Below are positions 46,861 through 60,034 of a stretch of DNA of 64,000 nucleotides, in pieces (position 1 is the stretch's first letter; each line of letters starts with the position of its first letter). Both the position numbers and the translations under genes were made by a program. The stretch comes from Ophelia neglecta (Eukaryota). The notes beneath the pieces are model-generated. The model was not told where the DNA came from. It made no database searches and was given only the letters and a program-made list of their open reading frames with translations. The DNA lies in the NCBI GenBank assembly GCA_965285935.1, contig OZ260662.1, positions 6,076,001-6,140,000 on the forward strand, read 5' to 3'.

Positions 46861-48789
46861 TAATATTTCATACGTATTACAACGAGGGTTCTGCTGAAAA
46901 CACCATAGAACAGATCATTATATACACGCCTTGGCTTTTTACATCATGAGATATATAGATATGAGGATATCTATGTGGTGGATACACTAATACTGGCCCA
47001 GTGTTAGTGTATATATACAATTTGTGCTGCTCAGGCGCAGCGAAATTCATATATGGAGGGGGGTGGGGAGGAGAGATCTGTCAGTTGGCTGGCTAATTAG
47101 AACCGACCTTTTTAAATGCTAATATTGATTAAAAGACAATATCCTAGTGCTACTTCTGCGATTTTACTTTCCCTCTGCTTTTTTGACCAGATTGATCCGG
47201 CATCCGTTCGGTGGGGTCCCAGATTTCATCTGGACTATCAGAGGCCAAAGATGATTGAGGAATTACGACTCCTATTTAGGCAAATTATGTCTTAACAAAG
47301 GCTGTTCATGAGAGGTTTCATCATATAGAATCCTGGTATAGGTTGTCAGTGTCAGCGGTTTCTTCACATATGTCCTGTACTTTGGCCAGCATATGGTCCA
47401 TATTTGCGCTCCTTGGCTAATGAAGTAACATTGCCCAACAAAGGTGATTTACCTACACGGGCGTTATCAGACTCCATCGTAGACGTGCTATACCATTGAT
47501 ACCACATCTATATCGGAGAATCATCTGTAGGGGGACTTTACCATAGAGACCACTTCCAGCTTGAGAGTCAGATTTAAATCTGTTCTTTGTTTTCACTGAT
47601 AGCACTTCACCTGAGTTGATTGATACCCATCTGTCGAGGTGTTAACTGCCGTGACATATTATTTCCCCTGAGACACCCATCCCGCCCTACCTTATGTCAG
47701 AATTTATTTGAAATGGTCTAAGACATTAAAGTACCTCGCGTCTTGATGGCACCAAGATTTCTTGCAATTGAAAAGGGCTGTGCCCTCAAGAATATATTCT
47801 CTTTGATGTAAATTAATATTCATGGAGATGTGAGCTGGCCCAAGTGAAAAGCATGGTCTAGACTAGGTTCCCTATTACTGACAAAGCCCTGAGGCCTTTA
47901 TAACTGCATACATTAATATTCGAAGAGCGGGGTATGGGAGGAGGAATTGGGTGGCTACGGGTCCTTCAGTGTAAAGAAGACCTGTCAGGTGTATTGGAGA
48001 GGGAAGCGTGGGGTGGGGTGGTGGCGTCTATGAATCTCATAGGGCAAAACACACCTGCCAGTGTGGTGTAGAGAGCATGGAGAAAGGCTAGAAGTGTGAA
48101 TCTCGAAATCTACATGACAAACATGGTTTTCAAATCACAGTTTGCAGTGTACAGAAAGAGGCAGGGAAAATCAACGAAGTCCCCGCTCCATGAAAGATGT
48201 GGTTGAAGGGCTGGGAGGAATAACTCAGTTAGATGCACAGACGAGATCACAGATGAAACCCAAATTTAGGATTCATATGAGGCCAGGGAGGAATAATAAC
48301 AGGGTATTGGGGGTGTTTAGGGGGGTAATTAACTTTAATAAATGGTTTGCAAACACCGACCTTTGACTTCGGGTTCAAACCCGGTTTTAAATGGGAGCTT
48401 TGTGATTGCCCAAAATAGGATGGTGTTGGTAATTAGTCTGGGTAATGGCAGAATTACTAAACACATACAGTAAATAGGATAATGGTTCAATTTATATATA
48501 ATTATATTCGTAAAATATTGGGTAATTCAATGGCACTATTGGACTTTGTCTACCTTCTTTATTCCTTAAGATGTCAATGTTAAGATACAATTGTTTATTG
48601 GTGACATATATATGTACATATATAAATATATATGTATGTATATATACAATTATATGATGTTACTTTGGTGGAAATCTTCACTGATATTTTTTTTATAAAA
48701 TTTGATTATAGTTTTACTTAAATCCCTATTGACTATAGGGTTGATAATAAGTCTTTACAAAATTAAAATATAAAAAAAAACAGGTTTTT

Positions 48790-48882
48790 TTTAACGACGC
48801 TGCCGGCCATGCTTCGAGACACGTTCTGGCCGCCGATGCGGATGATACAGTCATCTCCCTGTAAGCCGGCAACAACACCCGG
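48790..48882 (-). pseudogene. Relic of the PDZ exon (PGVVAGLQGDDCIIRIGGQNVSRSMAGSVVK)
   Basis: 24/31 residues identical to the functional exon. The 5' half, the acceptor and the donor are missing; it joins directly to the homologous intron sequence GCAATGGAAG. Confidence 0.9.
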
Positions 48883-49359
48883 GTAGCAATGGAAGGAATA
48901 CTCATTTACAGTGTCCCTTGAATGATAATAAGCATTAAAATAATAATGTGAATCTTAATTACTAGCCTTATGAATTATAGTGAGATAGTTAAGTCAGAAT
49001 TGGCCTGTTGTAAAGGAAAACATTAATATTTGAATAAAGTTTGTATTTGTCTTTGTGCCCCGGTAGCACTGACCGTGACGGAGTCCATCCAGAGACAGTC
49101 ATGGTTAACTTCTGGGATGTTCTTCAGGGTTGTAACACAAAACATAATCTGATTACAAAACATCATCTGATCACAAAACACCATCTGATTACAACACATT
49201 TGATTAAAAAACATCAGCTGATTATAAAAATCACATCATTCGGTTTCCTAACCATTATCTGATTACCAAACAACAGTTGATTATAACTCGTATTGTGTCA
49301 TATAATATGCCGCCTGCTCTTGGGAAGGTTTATCATTATCTATTTCACAAATACATGTA

Positions 49360-49460
49360 GAGTGACACCTGTGAATATAGACCAGTCAGTGGACTGGAAA
49401 ATGCTGGTCTGTTGTTTGAAGTGGTCTGTTGTTTGAAGTGGTCTGTTTAGACTGGTTATT
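49360..49460. mobile_element. Truncated CAGTGAAACC-family MITE
   Basis: Degenerate TIR plus the GTGGTCTGTTTAGAC motif. Confidence 0.6.
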
Positions 49461-52114
49461 TTTTTCTAGAAATTGTACATCAGCTATTCACACATATCTT
49501 GTCTCACAATAGGGTGGTCTTTCATGGTTTTGTTCATGTTCCTATTAGTAAAATGACAGTTGTGACAAAAACAGTTAAATTTAGGTGGGTTTTCATCTGG
49601 CATTTTGTGTTTAGTATTGTGGATTGCGACTGTTCTATTATAAGATTTTAACGATAACTAAAAGACTGTATTGCTCAGTTAGTTCAACATCAGTTATGAC
49701 TAAGCTTCTTAATTTTCACTGTATTGCTTTGCCCTAGCTTCATTCCATTCAGTCTATCCTTTGCTTATTTAATTACCTGACGCTTTGCCATACTCTAATG
49801 TATTATTCAGAAGCTGTATTATGAGGGTACATTCCCAACCAGGGGTCCTATCATAATTGACCTTGGGTTATTGTAGGTTAATGTCAATTGAATTAAGTAT
49901 TGTTTCTTTCGTATAATTTTGTTTTATGTTGGAACTTACTTAGATCCGTTTATATTCATTTCTTGAATCTATAAAGTTGAATAATTATTATCATAAATAT
50001 GTTCACACCAAACATCACTGAAGATGTGGTATGCAAATTATGGAAATCGTTTAATCAATCTGTGAAATATCTAAGATTTTGAATTTAACTTGCGGATGTA
50101 TCCATTCCTGGTCTGATTAAAAGAAAATAGCCAAAGGACATTCTTTGATGGGTTATTATAACCCTGGTGAGACAGGGTAGGTTCCAGACTGAGGATTAAC
50201 CCAGAGACTGTGGCCCTGAGGTCAGGGCTTAAATATGTCATATCTCAAACCATGATCTGATAATTATAGGTGAAAGCACTTCATGGCCATAGGCTAGAGA
50301 AACACAAACTGTGTGGTAATTAGTGTAAATAGCTAACTCCAATTAACTGGGGCTTACTGCATAGCACAGGCAATTGACTTAATGCGATTAGGACGACTTT
50401 CAGATAGACCTAAACTAGACTACACCTGAAAACACTAGTCCACAGTCAAGGCGCAGATACATTATGGGTTTTAGGCCTAAGAGTTGGTTAAAGTTTGCGG
50501 GAGACGTTGAGGTCCTGTTGGAGGTGTCTAGGTAAAGATGGGGGAGGGGGGTGTGTGTGTGTGTGTGGTGGGGGGGAGGCTGGGGCAAGCGCGGGGGGGG
50601 GGGTAGGAGAGGAGTGAAGAGGGCAAGAAGGCGAGGGGAGAAGGGGGAGGGGAAGGGAGGCAGGGAGGGGGCAAGAAGGAGGGGAGGGGGAGAAGCGGGT
50701 GGAGGATGAGGAGGGAGGAGGGGAGGGGCAAGATGGGCAGGGGGGACGGGGGGAGTCGGTGAGGAGGCAATAAGGGGAGAAGTGGGGGAGGGATAGAGGA
50801 GGGGAGGGGGAAAGAAAAGGGATCATCCCCTCCCCATAGTGTCTAGGTGAAAATATTGAGGTGGGCAGCACCACCAAGAATGGTTCTCACTGAAAAGGTC
50901 ACTCCCCTAAGATACATAAAAACACTGATACTTTAAAACACTGATAGATGTAAACACTGATATATTTCACCAGAGGAAAAAATATAATTGATTTTCTGTT
51001 AAAGTCTGTTTGATATCCACCACAGAGCAATGGAGTAGAAGGAAAGCCAGTTTGAGTATGGATAGATAATAGGTCAATTATAATAATTATAGTGGTTTAA
51101 CCGTACTGAGTGTGTACTGAGGTAAGTATACAGTTTAAACAGATGTAAGAAGGCTGGATTTTGTCAAAGCCAGAAGGCTTTGTTTTGCACAAAGGTTTGT
51201 TTATATTATTATACAGAGATAATGCTATGGTTTGAGAGACGGCTGAGGACAGGGGTAGGGTGGAGAGTGTTAATTAAAGACAAAACAGTAGTACGAAAGC
51301 GTTCGTTTCCTATTCAGAGAGATAAGAAAGTGTTCGTTTCCTGTATAGGGAGATAATTAATGTCTTTCAGGAGGTGGGTTGAGATCTGTTCTCGGTGTGG
51401 AGACAATCACACAGCTGTGAAAGGCAGGGAGAAAGTATGGAGTCTGACAAAAGCCAGGGTGCTTTGTTTGAATAAATACCACTAGAGATAATTATAGATT
51501 TATAAGACTGGGCTCTGGGTTGGAGATAGTCAGATAAGGGGGAATAGTTAATTAAAGACCGAAAACAGTGCTCAGAAAGTTTATCAAAATGTTAAAGGTT
51601 ATTAGTTTTGTATGAACATAGTTGTGACAACTGAGAGAGTCTGACATGAAGGGTATCACTTGTCTTATCAGGATCGGACAACCCAAAGAGTGTGGACAAA
51701 ACAAGGAGCGTGGACAAAAGTAGGTATCTGAGAAAACGCAGATGTCTCTATTACCGTGCCTTGGAGATGGACAGATATGGATGGAGAGTTATAAGACAGG
51801 GGGTGCCGTGGAGACAGTCAGATAAGGGGGGTTGGGGGCGGGAGTCTAATTAAAGGCTCAACACACTGGTCAGAAAGGTTTACTTTTATCAAAATGTGTA
51901 AGGGGACTGGTATAAAGACCATTTCAGGGTTTTGACAGCTGAGAGAAGCTGGGGGTGGGGAGTGGATGAGGCAGGAGGCCAGACCAGAGCTATCACTTGT
52001 CTTACCAGGATCTGATAAACCAAGGAGTGTGGACAAATTATGGAGTGTGTGGACTGCTGGAGTATGAGAAAACGCAGATGACCCTATTAGCAGAAGGCAG
52101 CAGACTGGCACCCA

Positions 52115-52970
52115 AAAGAGTGGTGACACCTACTGGTGACTAGAGCTGAATGTCCCAGGCTGGGGTATCTACAAGGAGTGGTGACACCTACTGGTGACTA
52201 GAGCTGAATGTCCCATGCTGGGGTATCTACAAAGAGTGGTGACACCTACTGGTGACTAGAGCTGAATGTCCCAGGCTGGGGTATCTACAAAGAGTGGTGA
52301 CACCTACTGGTGACTAGAGCTGAATGTTTCAGGCTGGGGTATCTATAAAGAGTGGTGACACCTACTGGTGACTAGAGCTGTATGTCCCAGGCTGGGATAT
52401 CTACAGAGAGTGGTGACACCTACTGGTGATTAGAGCTGAATGTCCCAGGCTGGGGTATCTACAGAGAGTGGTGACACCTACTGGTGACTAGAGCTGAATG
52501 TCCCAGGCTGGGGTATCTACAAAGAGTGGTGACACCTACTGGTGACTAAAGCTGTATGTCCCAGGCTGGGATATCTACAGAGAGTGGTGACACCTACTGG
52601 TGATTAGAGTTTATGTCCCAGTCTCCGGTATCTTAAGAGAAAGTGCTGACACTTACAAGTGGTAGGAGCTCTATGTCCAGTGTAAACTCTTACCATAGAT
52701 GACAGATAGCCACCCACTCTATGAGGCTATACTATCCACTCAGTCCGCCAGCTGGGGTATCTACAGAGAGTGGTGACACCTACTGGTGACTAGAGTTTAT
52801 GTCCCAGGCTCCGGTATCTTAAGGTAAAATGGGGACACCTGCTAGTGGCAAGAGCTGTGTGTCCAATGTACACTCCTACCACAGATGGCCAAACAGTGTG
52901 TTTGAAGCTATACCACGCACTCAGTAGGCTAACTGGGGTATCTACAGAGAGTGGTGTCACCTACTGGATG
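52115..52970. repeat. 58-bp minisatellite (~8.5 copies) followed by two longer related units
   Basis: AGAGTGGTGACACCTACTGGTGACTAGAGCTGAATGTCCCAGGCTGGGGTATCTACAA. Confidence 0.95.
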
Positions 52971-53000
52971 ACACAGGCATAAATGGGGAGGAGGTTATTA

Positions 53001-53175
53001 CAGTGAAACCTGTCTAATCAGGTCAGTCAAGGGACTGGGAAAAAACTGTCCATATTACACAGGTGACATTAATAGGCAGGATACACAGGCATTAATGGGG
53101 ATCAGACAATTATTTAGCGTCCGTAATGGGCAGGTGACCTTATTACACAGGTGACCACAAACACATGTTTTACTG
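53001..53175. mobile_element. CAGTGAAACC MITE, same subfamily as 2038-2216
   Basis: Shared body CTGTCTAATCAGGTCAGTCAA, TA flanks. Confidence 0.85.
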
Positions 53176-53280
53176 TATATGAATATGAAAGACACTAGCC
53201 TCGCGGCCAGTCCCTGCCTGCTGTTATATATTACATATACTGTATATCAGGAACTTGTTACACTTTACTGGTTTCTGTAG

Positions 53281-54387
53281 GGTAACATCCCAATATTGCG
53301 AAAGTCCCTTATTCCGAACGTCCGCTATTCCGAAGACCCGTTATTCCGAAAATAGGCTTCATCACTGCACATATTTGCGTGCTTTGCTCGACTTGCTTCA
53401 GTCCGAACGGCCCAAGCCGTCACTTGACCCGGTAGGCTGCTTCGATAGCGTCAAATCGACTGGGCTATTCGGCAGGAAAATAATTTTTTTGATGCAAATG
53501 ACAAAGTTGGACAAGCAACATGGCTCTCTGATTGACAAAAGAAAATCACTCGAATAATTGCATAATCTAACCGGAAGCAGGTCTTTATTCCGAAGGTCCG
53601 ATGTTCCGTTATTCCGAAGGTCCGATGTTCCGAAGGTCCTATGTTCCGAAGGTCCGATGGTGCGATAGGTTAATTGCGCAGTGTTCTAAGATGCCAAAAT
53701 TGCCCTTTGATCGGGATTGGATGTTATTCGCCAGCAATTTAAATTTCAACCAGATTTTTAGAGGTCCATCCCGTCAATTATTTTATTCTGTAGCAGCGGT
53801 ATTTCGAAAACTCGAAACTAATGCAGTTTGGTACAGAAGTAGACACAATACAAGGCGCTGGTCATTTATTATATAAGGGGCGGGGTTTTTATATACACTT
53901 GAGGGAGGCTGCCACAGAGACTACGCAGCAGGAAATAGGGAGATGCTCACAAATAATAATGCAGAACCCCTGAATGTAGACGCAGCTGGAACAAAATATT
54001 TCCTTTAAACACTAAAAAATAAGATGTTGCTTATTTCATTTGACAAAAACCAAATTCCAAAATATTAGGAGGCGTTTAGGACTTGAAAAACGGGAGTGGA
54101 TACATTGCAGACACAGAGAAATCACTGATAAAGAACAGTCCGTTAAATCTGTCCAAAATAAACGGAAACCAACAGCCATAGGCCCACACACGTCAATCCA
54201 CAAACAGAATATAAAAGGGTAAGTAAGATATAAAATGGAAACAGTAGCCTAGCAAGCACTGATGATGGTAGTTGCTCTGGCTAGTAAGAATGGTTCACGT
54301 TGTCGTAACAAAGCCTTTTTCGGAACAACGGACCTTCGGAACAACGGACTTTCGGAACAACGGACCTTCGGAACAGCGGGATGCCCC
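53281..54387. mobile_element. Foldback/MULE-like non-autonomous element with 15-bp subterminal tandem repeats
   Basis: (TTCCGAAGGTCCGnnA)n at the left end and internally, with inverted (CGGACCTTCGGAACAA)n at the right end. No TSD was found. Confidence 0.75.
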
Positions 54388-54409
54388 CAATCTAACCAAT
54401 ATCACTAGA

Positions 54410-54622
54410 AACCCCGCCCACTCTTCAGCCTCCCCCCACAGACTTGAACTGCGCTGGGCCACGAGTTAAACCTCCCCCCCCCTTCAGCCTCCCCGACAGA
54501 CTTAAAGTGTGCTGGGCCATGAGTTAAACCTCCCCCCCCTTTTCAGCCTCCCCCGACAGACTTAAAGTGTGCTGGGCCATGAGTTAAACCTCCCCCCCCC
54601 CTCTTTTCAGCCTCCCCCGACA
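54410..54622. repeat. ~60-bp tandem repeat x3.5
   Basis: TTCAGCCTCCCC(C)GACAGACTTAAAGTGTGCTGGGCCATGAGTTAAACCTCCCCCCC. Confidence 0.9.
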
Positions 54623-55689
54623 GGAAAAGGGGCGGGATAGGACGGAGGGGGAAGGAGGGGGGTTGGGGATGGATAAGATGGAGTGGGAAAAGGGGTGGGA
54701 TAGGTAGGAGGGGGTCAGAGGAAAGGGATTGGGGATGGAGGAGGGAGGAGAGATGAATGAGAGGGAGTGGAAAAAGGGGCGGAATAGGACTGAGGGGGAA
54801 GGAGGGAGGCCAGAGGAAAGGGTGGAAGATTGAGGAGGGGTGGAATAAGAAGATGGGGGGTCAGGGGAAAGGGTGGGGATGGAGGGGTCTGAAAATGGGG
54901 AGGGTATAAATGAGAGGGAGTGGAAAAAGGGGTGGGATAGGAATGAGGAGGAAAGAAGAGTGGGGGCCAGGGGAAGTGTGCAGGGTGAGGGGGAAATGAA
55001 CAGGGCCTCAAGAGGGATAGTGAAGGAGTACAGTTAGTGGGGAAAGGAAGGGGATTGAGAACGAGCTGGGGATTCTGCGGTGAATAGGCAGGAGCTGGCT
55101 GTTGTACAAAGTAGAGGAGGGCGGAAAAGGCCAATGAATTAGTGACGAGAGGGAGATGGCTACAGTTGGCAGAGAGAAAGTAGGAGGGCAGTGATTTCTG
55201 GAAGCCACATAACAGCCAATGCACTGGTTCCTTGTGAACATGGACTGGTTCCTTGTTAACACGTAATGGTTCCTTATGGTAAACATGGACTGGCGACTTG
55301 TAAACATACCCTGGACTGGTTCATTGTAAACAGGCTATTACGTGCTCCCTTGTAAACCAAGCACAATCCAACAGTGTATGTACCAGGCGCCAGTCAGGAG
55401 GCTGTAATCCTCAGCCCCAGATTACTTGAGAAGTTGTTTAGTCTCAGACAAACATGACAATATGATTTTCTCCTCCGCTCAATACATGAGCATGTAAACC
55501 TGTCCAAGTAACCTGGCCACCACAACTGTGTATGTACTCTAACACGTATGTGTATACTGGGCCTTCAGGGGATCTGACACAAACAGGTCAATCTGAGGTA
55601 AATCTCCTGATAATCTCCAGATAATCTCCCGATAATATCCAGATAATCTGCCTTGGTCATGATATACATCATTAGGTCCAGGTGTCCAC

Positions 55690-55920
55690 CATCTTACCTG
55701 CCAGAGTAAACTAGCAGTGTCAATCATTTTACCTGTCAGTCAATCAGCCGTGCCGAGCATCTTACCTATCGCAGTCAATCAGCCGTGCCCACAATCTTAC
55801 CTGCCAGAGTCAATCAGCCGTGCCCACCATCCTACCTGCCAGAGTCAATCAGCCGTGACATCACCTTACCTTTCAGAATCGATCAGCCGTGCCCATCATC
55901 TTACCTGTCAATCAGCTGTT
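55690..55920. repeat. Degenerate ~35-bp tandem repeat
   Basis: ATCTTACCTGCCAGAGTCAATCAGCCGTGCCCACC. Confidence 0.85.
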
Positions 55921-55989
55921 CCATTCTGACTGACATTTACTATCAATTCTTACCTTTGTACCTGCCTGCCCTGTGTTGTTAACACCTGA

Positions 55990-56240
55990 GTATGTCAGGT
56001 AGGAACACAACCAATGTAAGCTGCACTGAATAACAATTTTGTCAATTACAGAATTCCACAGAATAGCAGATTTGTGAACAATAGAATGTTGTAGTGCAGC
56101 CAGTCTCGCTAATGGTACATGAAGTCTATGTGACTGGCTGGTAGAGTGACTATGGATTTGTGAATAATGTATATAGATCCTTGAGACATTCAGGCAACAA
56201 ACCATGACGTATCTTGAACATAAAGATAAATACCCCCTGT
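55990..56240 (-). mobile_element. CR1-like LINE ORF2 C-terminal relic
   Basis: Translation HSHSTSQSHRLHVP...SIVHKSAILWNSV...SL resembles the HxHxTR...LWNxL...S C-terminus of CR1-group RTs. Confidence 0.7.
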
Positions 56241-58325
56241 TCATTAATATTCAGCAATCTGGGACTACATGGTCCCAGTTAGCTCCTCCTGGATGTAATG
56301 TAGTAGTATAATGTTCTGTGAGTAGTAGTACAATGTCTTGTGAGGCCCATAGATGTGAGAGTGTAGATGCACAGGGATACAACTGGGGTTTGGAGTTGGC
56401 AGGGCTCATGGAAAACCAATATCAGTGGTGTTACACACTTTCACTGATGTTACCAGTCAGTTGACAATAACCCAGATATTCAACTCCGATCCCCTTATAG
56501 TACCCCCCCCCCCCCGCCCCCCTCCATGACCCTTGGGCAGAGGACAACCATGGACAGAAGGGTCCACTTCAAGGACTTTGACTATATGATCTGTGATTTC
56601 CTCAACCGTCAAGACGTGGATAGTAATATAGCAAAAGCAATTTGGTGGGCTACATCCCAGCAGTCTCATGTAGAATGGTTCAAACCCCATTCCCACCCTC
56701 TCTCTCCTCTCTCCAAATGTCCCCTCTCAGTCATCTTATCGACATAGCGTTCAGTTGTCAGAGATAACCTGGCTGGTTCCCTGCTGTCTGCCTGTCACTG
56801 CCCCTGATAGACTGGTACCACCTGTGTGCCAGATTGTAAACCCTTCATAAACCAGTCTACGCCTTGGTTAAATACATTACCTAAATAATCACCCCATTGT
56901 ACTGGGACTGAGCTGCCCACTGTACCAGTATAACAGGGTTTATAGTGTCCACATGGAGACAACCCAGAGTTCCCCACTTGACCACACCTCTCATGTATCT
57001 CTGATGTCAAAGACACATGAACAGTACTTCATTCCATGTTATTGACATATCATAGTCAGTTCCTCGCACGCTATTAAAAAGTGGTAACATATTTATAGCA
57101 GACAGAAAATGAGAGACAATATCCCTAGGGGGGGGGGGGGGGGGCATGGGCGTGTACAGGTTGCGGGAAATGTGGGGGATTGGAGGAAATGGGGGGGGGG
57201 GCACCATGCTGGTAAAGTCCGGGGCCAAAATGTCCTACATTCCTCTATGCAGTTAGTTAGCTCTTTCAACACTACCCCTTTAGTAACAGACACTTAGAGT
57301 TTAAAAAAAAATTGCTTTGAAAATTGATAAGAATGGTGACCTTCATTTTTGGTTTTACTTCAAGTTATATCAAAAAGGAGAAAGGTCTTATTCAAAATCT
57401 GAAAATTTCTTAGCAACAACGGTTTATCTCAATGAGTTAGCTGTTTGTTGCATAAATACGGGATGTTGCTATTGATATTGATAAAACTTCACATCGTATA
57501 ATCTAAATCTCTTAGGTTACAACTGATGCAGTGAACAGAGAAATGGGCTGCTCCATCCAGAATGATTATATATAGTAAATAACGCAGGATTGTAAGACAC
57601 CAAGGACAACTGACTGGACTTCAAAATAGTCTATATACCATCTAACCAGGCCTAACATAAGAGGGGCCCTACAATACAGGGGCCACTGTACTGCCATCTC
57701 TGAAGTGAGTGGGTACTTAGTCATTTGTAGGTTTGAATGCTGTCTTGGCAGCCTCGGGGAGATCCCCTAATCATTACGTTATTATCATCACACTAACCAC
57801 TAGAGATAAGTTTGAGATAGATATACATGACCTGCTACCACCAGACTGATAACCTCTCTCTGAGATGATAACCCTACACACCGTGGGCACACCAGTACAA
57901 ACCACCAACCAAGACTAACCCCTCTGATATCTGTAGATATCTGTGGATATCTATATCAAGGCTCATCATGTCCCTGTCTTATTGTCTGTCTATCTGTTTA
58001 TCTGTCTGGGTAAGCCAGTATCATAACATAATTATCACCACTAACTGACTTTCTGGGGTACATCAAAACCTCATCATCATAAAATGACACCTCCATCCCT
58101 ATGCCATCACTATGCTATTCCTATGCCACTGATAAAAACATAAAGAACCGTTGGAAAATGAATTCATCACAGACTCGTGATCAGATTTGAATTTAACACC
58201 AATCACTGACAGCTATTGTACATGGAATGCAAATTAACCCATTTATCACCTTTAGTATAGATGTTTATATCCACGGATAACACAGCTAAATCTGTGAAGT
58301 AGTACGACACACAAGTAGTATTAAG

Positions 58326-58684
58326 TCTTACCCATGTTTTAACTTTGTAACTTTACTTAGTGAGTATTCTTGTGTTTCGAAATGTTGTTGTAGGCCTAGG
58401 ACTGATGTGTATTTTGCATTGCTTAAATTATAGAGATAGATTGCTCTAGGTTTCGATGTATTCATCTCCTCATGAACTTCATTATTAATTAATAACGTTT
58501 ATTATTTTTTAGTTTCCTGGTGGATATCTCCTACTCGTATTACTATTTCTGTGTTCCTGTGTTCTTTCTCTTGGATTTGTAAATTATGTCAATAACTACA
58601 TACACATATATTGTCGGCGAGCCGCCGACTCCAATTCCTTGAAATCCCAGAGTCATAGCCACTGCTACAGGAAAACGGTGACAT
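58326..58684 (-). pseudogene. Relic of exon 1 (MSPFSCSSGYDS...), frameshifted and split by a 272-bp insertion
   Basis: Aligns to 26101-26191 with a net -4 nt indel. The insertion at 58338-58609 lies between the exon body and the retained ACATGG|GTAAGA donor. Confidence 0.85.
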
Positions 58685-59265
58685 GGTGACGGCCGAACGC
58701 ACGTACACACAGGTGACGGACGAACGCACGTACAGATAGGTGACGGACGAACGAACGTACAGACAGGTGACGGACGAACGCACGTACAGACAGGTGACGG
58801 ACGAACGAACGTACAGACAGGTGACGGACGAACGCACGTACAGCCAGTTGACGGACGACCGAACGTATAGACAGGTGACGGACGAACGTACGTACAGACA
58901 GGTGACGGACGAACGCACGTACAGACAGGTGATGAACGAACGCACGTACAGCCATTTGACGGACGCATGCACGTACAGACAGGTGACGGACGAACGCACG
59001 TACAGACTTGTGACGGACGCACGCACGTACAGACTGGTGACGGACGCACGCACGTACAGACAGGTGACGGACGAACGCAATTACAGACAGGTGACGGACG
59101 AACGAACATAGACATGTGACGGACGCACGCACGTGCAGACAGGTGACGGACGAACGCACGTACAGACAGGTGACGGACGAACGCACGTACAGACAGGTGA
59201 CGGATGAACGCACGTACAGTCTGGTGACGGACTCACGCACGTACAGACAGGTGACGGACTCACGC
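58685..59265. repeat. 27-bp minisatellite, ~21 copies
   Basis: GGTGACGGACGAACGCACGTACAGACA. Confidence 0.95.
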
Positions 59266-60034
59266 ACCAACTGACAATGTCTATGAGATGAATACAAGAT
59301 ACAGTCCAAAAGCATCAAGTATAAACAGTAGTCGCGCTGTCAAAGCTTCTGGTTAGATTGCCCGCTGTTAATCCATCGAGATCCTCTTCATACAATCTCC
59401 CGGTGAACGCAACACAAGCTTTGATCTAATGACAATGTATTCCAATCAGATGCACAGATAATGTCCAGATTGCCCAGTGCGGAGTCAGCCGGTCAGCTAC
59501 CTTTTTGTCCGATCCACACAGCTACTGACAGAGAAGTGCTTAAGCTGATTGGCTGGGCAAATAACATGGATTTCAATATATTGAAGTTTCATTGATTATT
59601 CTGCGAGTTAGTGTGGCTTAGGGGAGATTTTCTAAGCATTGTTACTATTAAAGGATATGTTGCTATGGGACAATTACCCTAAGGTCCATATAAAATAAAC
59701 ACCATACCTAACAAAAAAGGTGTACGCAGGACAATTATCCAATATTTGTCCTTTGGGGTAAAAAAATACTCGTATACAAGCGCTTGCATATTTGATGTAT
59801 CCAAAGTGCCGCGTAAAGTGTATTTATTCCATAGGTCAATGTCTTTTGAAGGTATTTTGGACAACTCAATGTACTCTTAGCTTAATTTAAACAAATAAAA
59901 TACATTTATTTGTACTTCTGCGAGTACTTACTGGCAGAAGTTACACATAAAACCCAGTGAAAATATTAAAGTTGCCAGGTAGCCTGATAGTTCCAATACC
60001 ATGTGCTATATGAACTAAAAGTAGATAAATTCAG

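Noticed and set aside
50488-55307. Pro-rich ORFs at 50488-50877 and 54715-55307
   Set aside because: Reverse translations of G/A-rich low-complexity tracts.
58338-58609. New intron within the duplicate's exon 1
   Set aside because: There is no AG acceptor at the boundary, and the exon is frameshifted anyway.
58543-59318. Long repetitive ORFs (Cys-rich CTCVRPSPV etc.)
   Set aside because: A stop-free 27-bp minisatellite is open in multiple frames on both strands.
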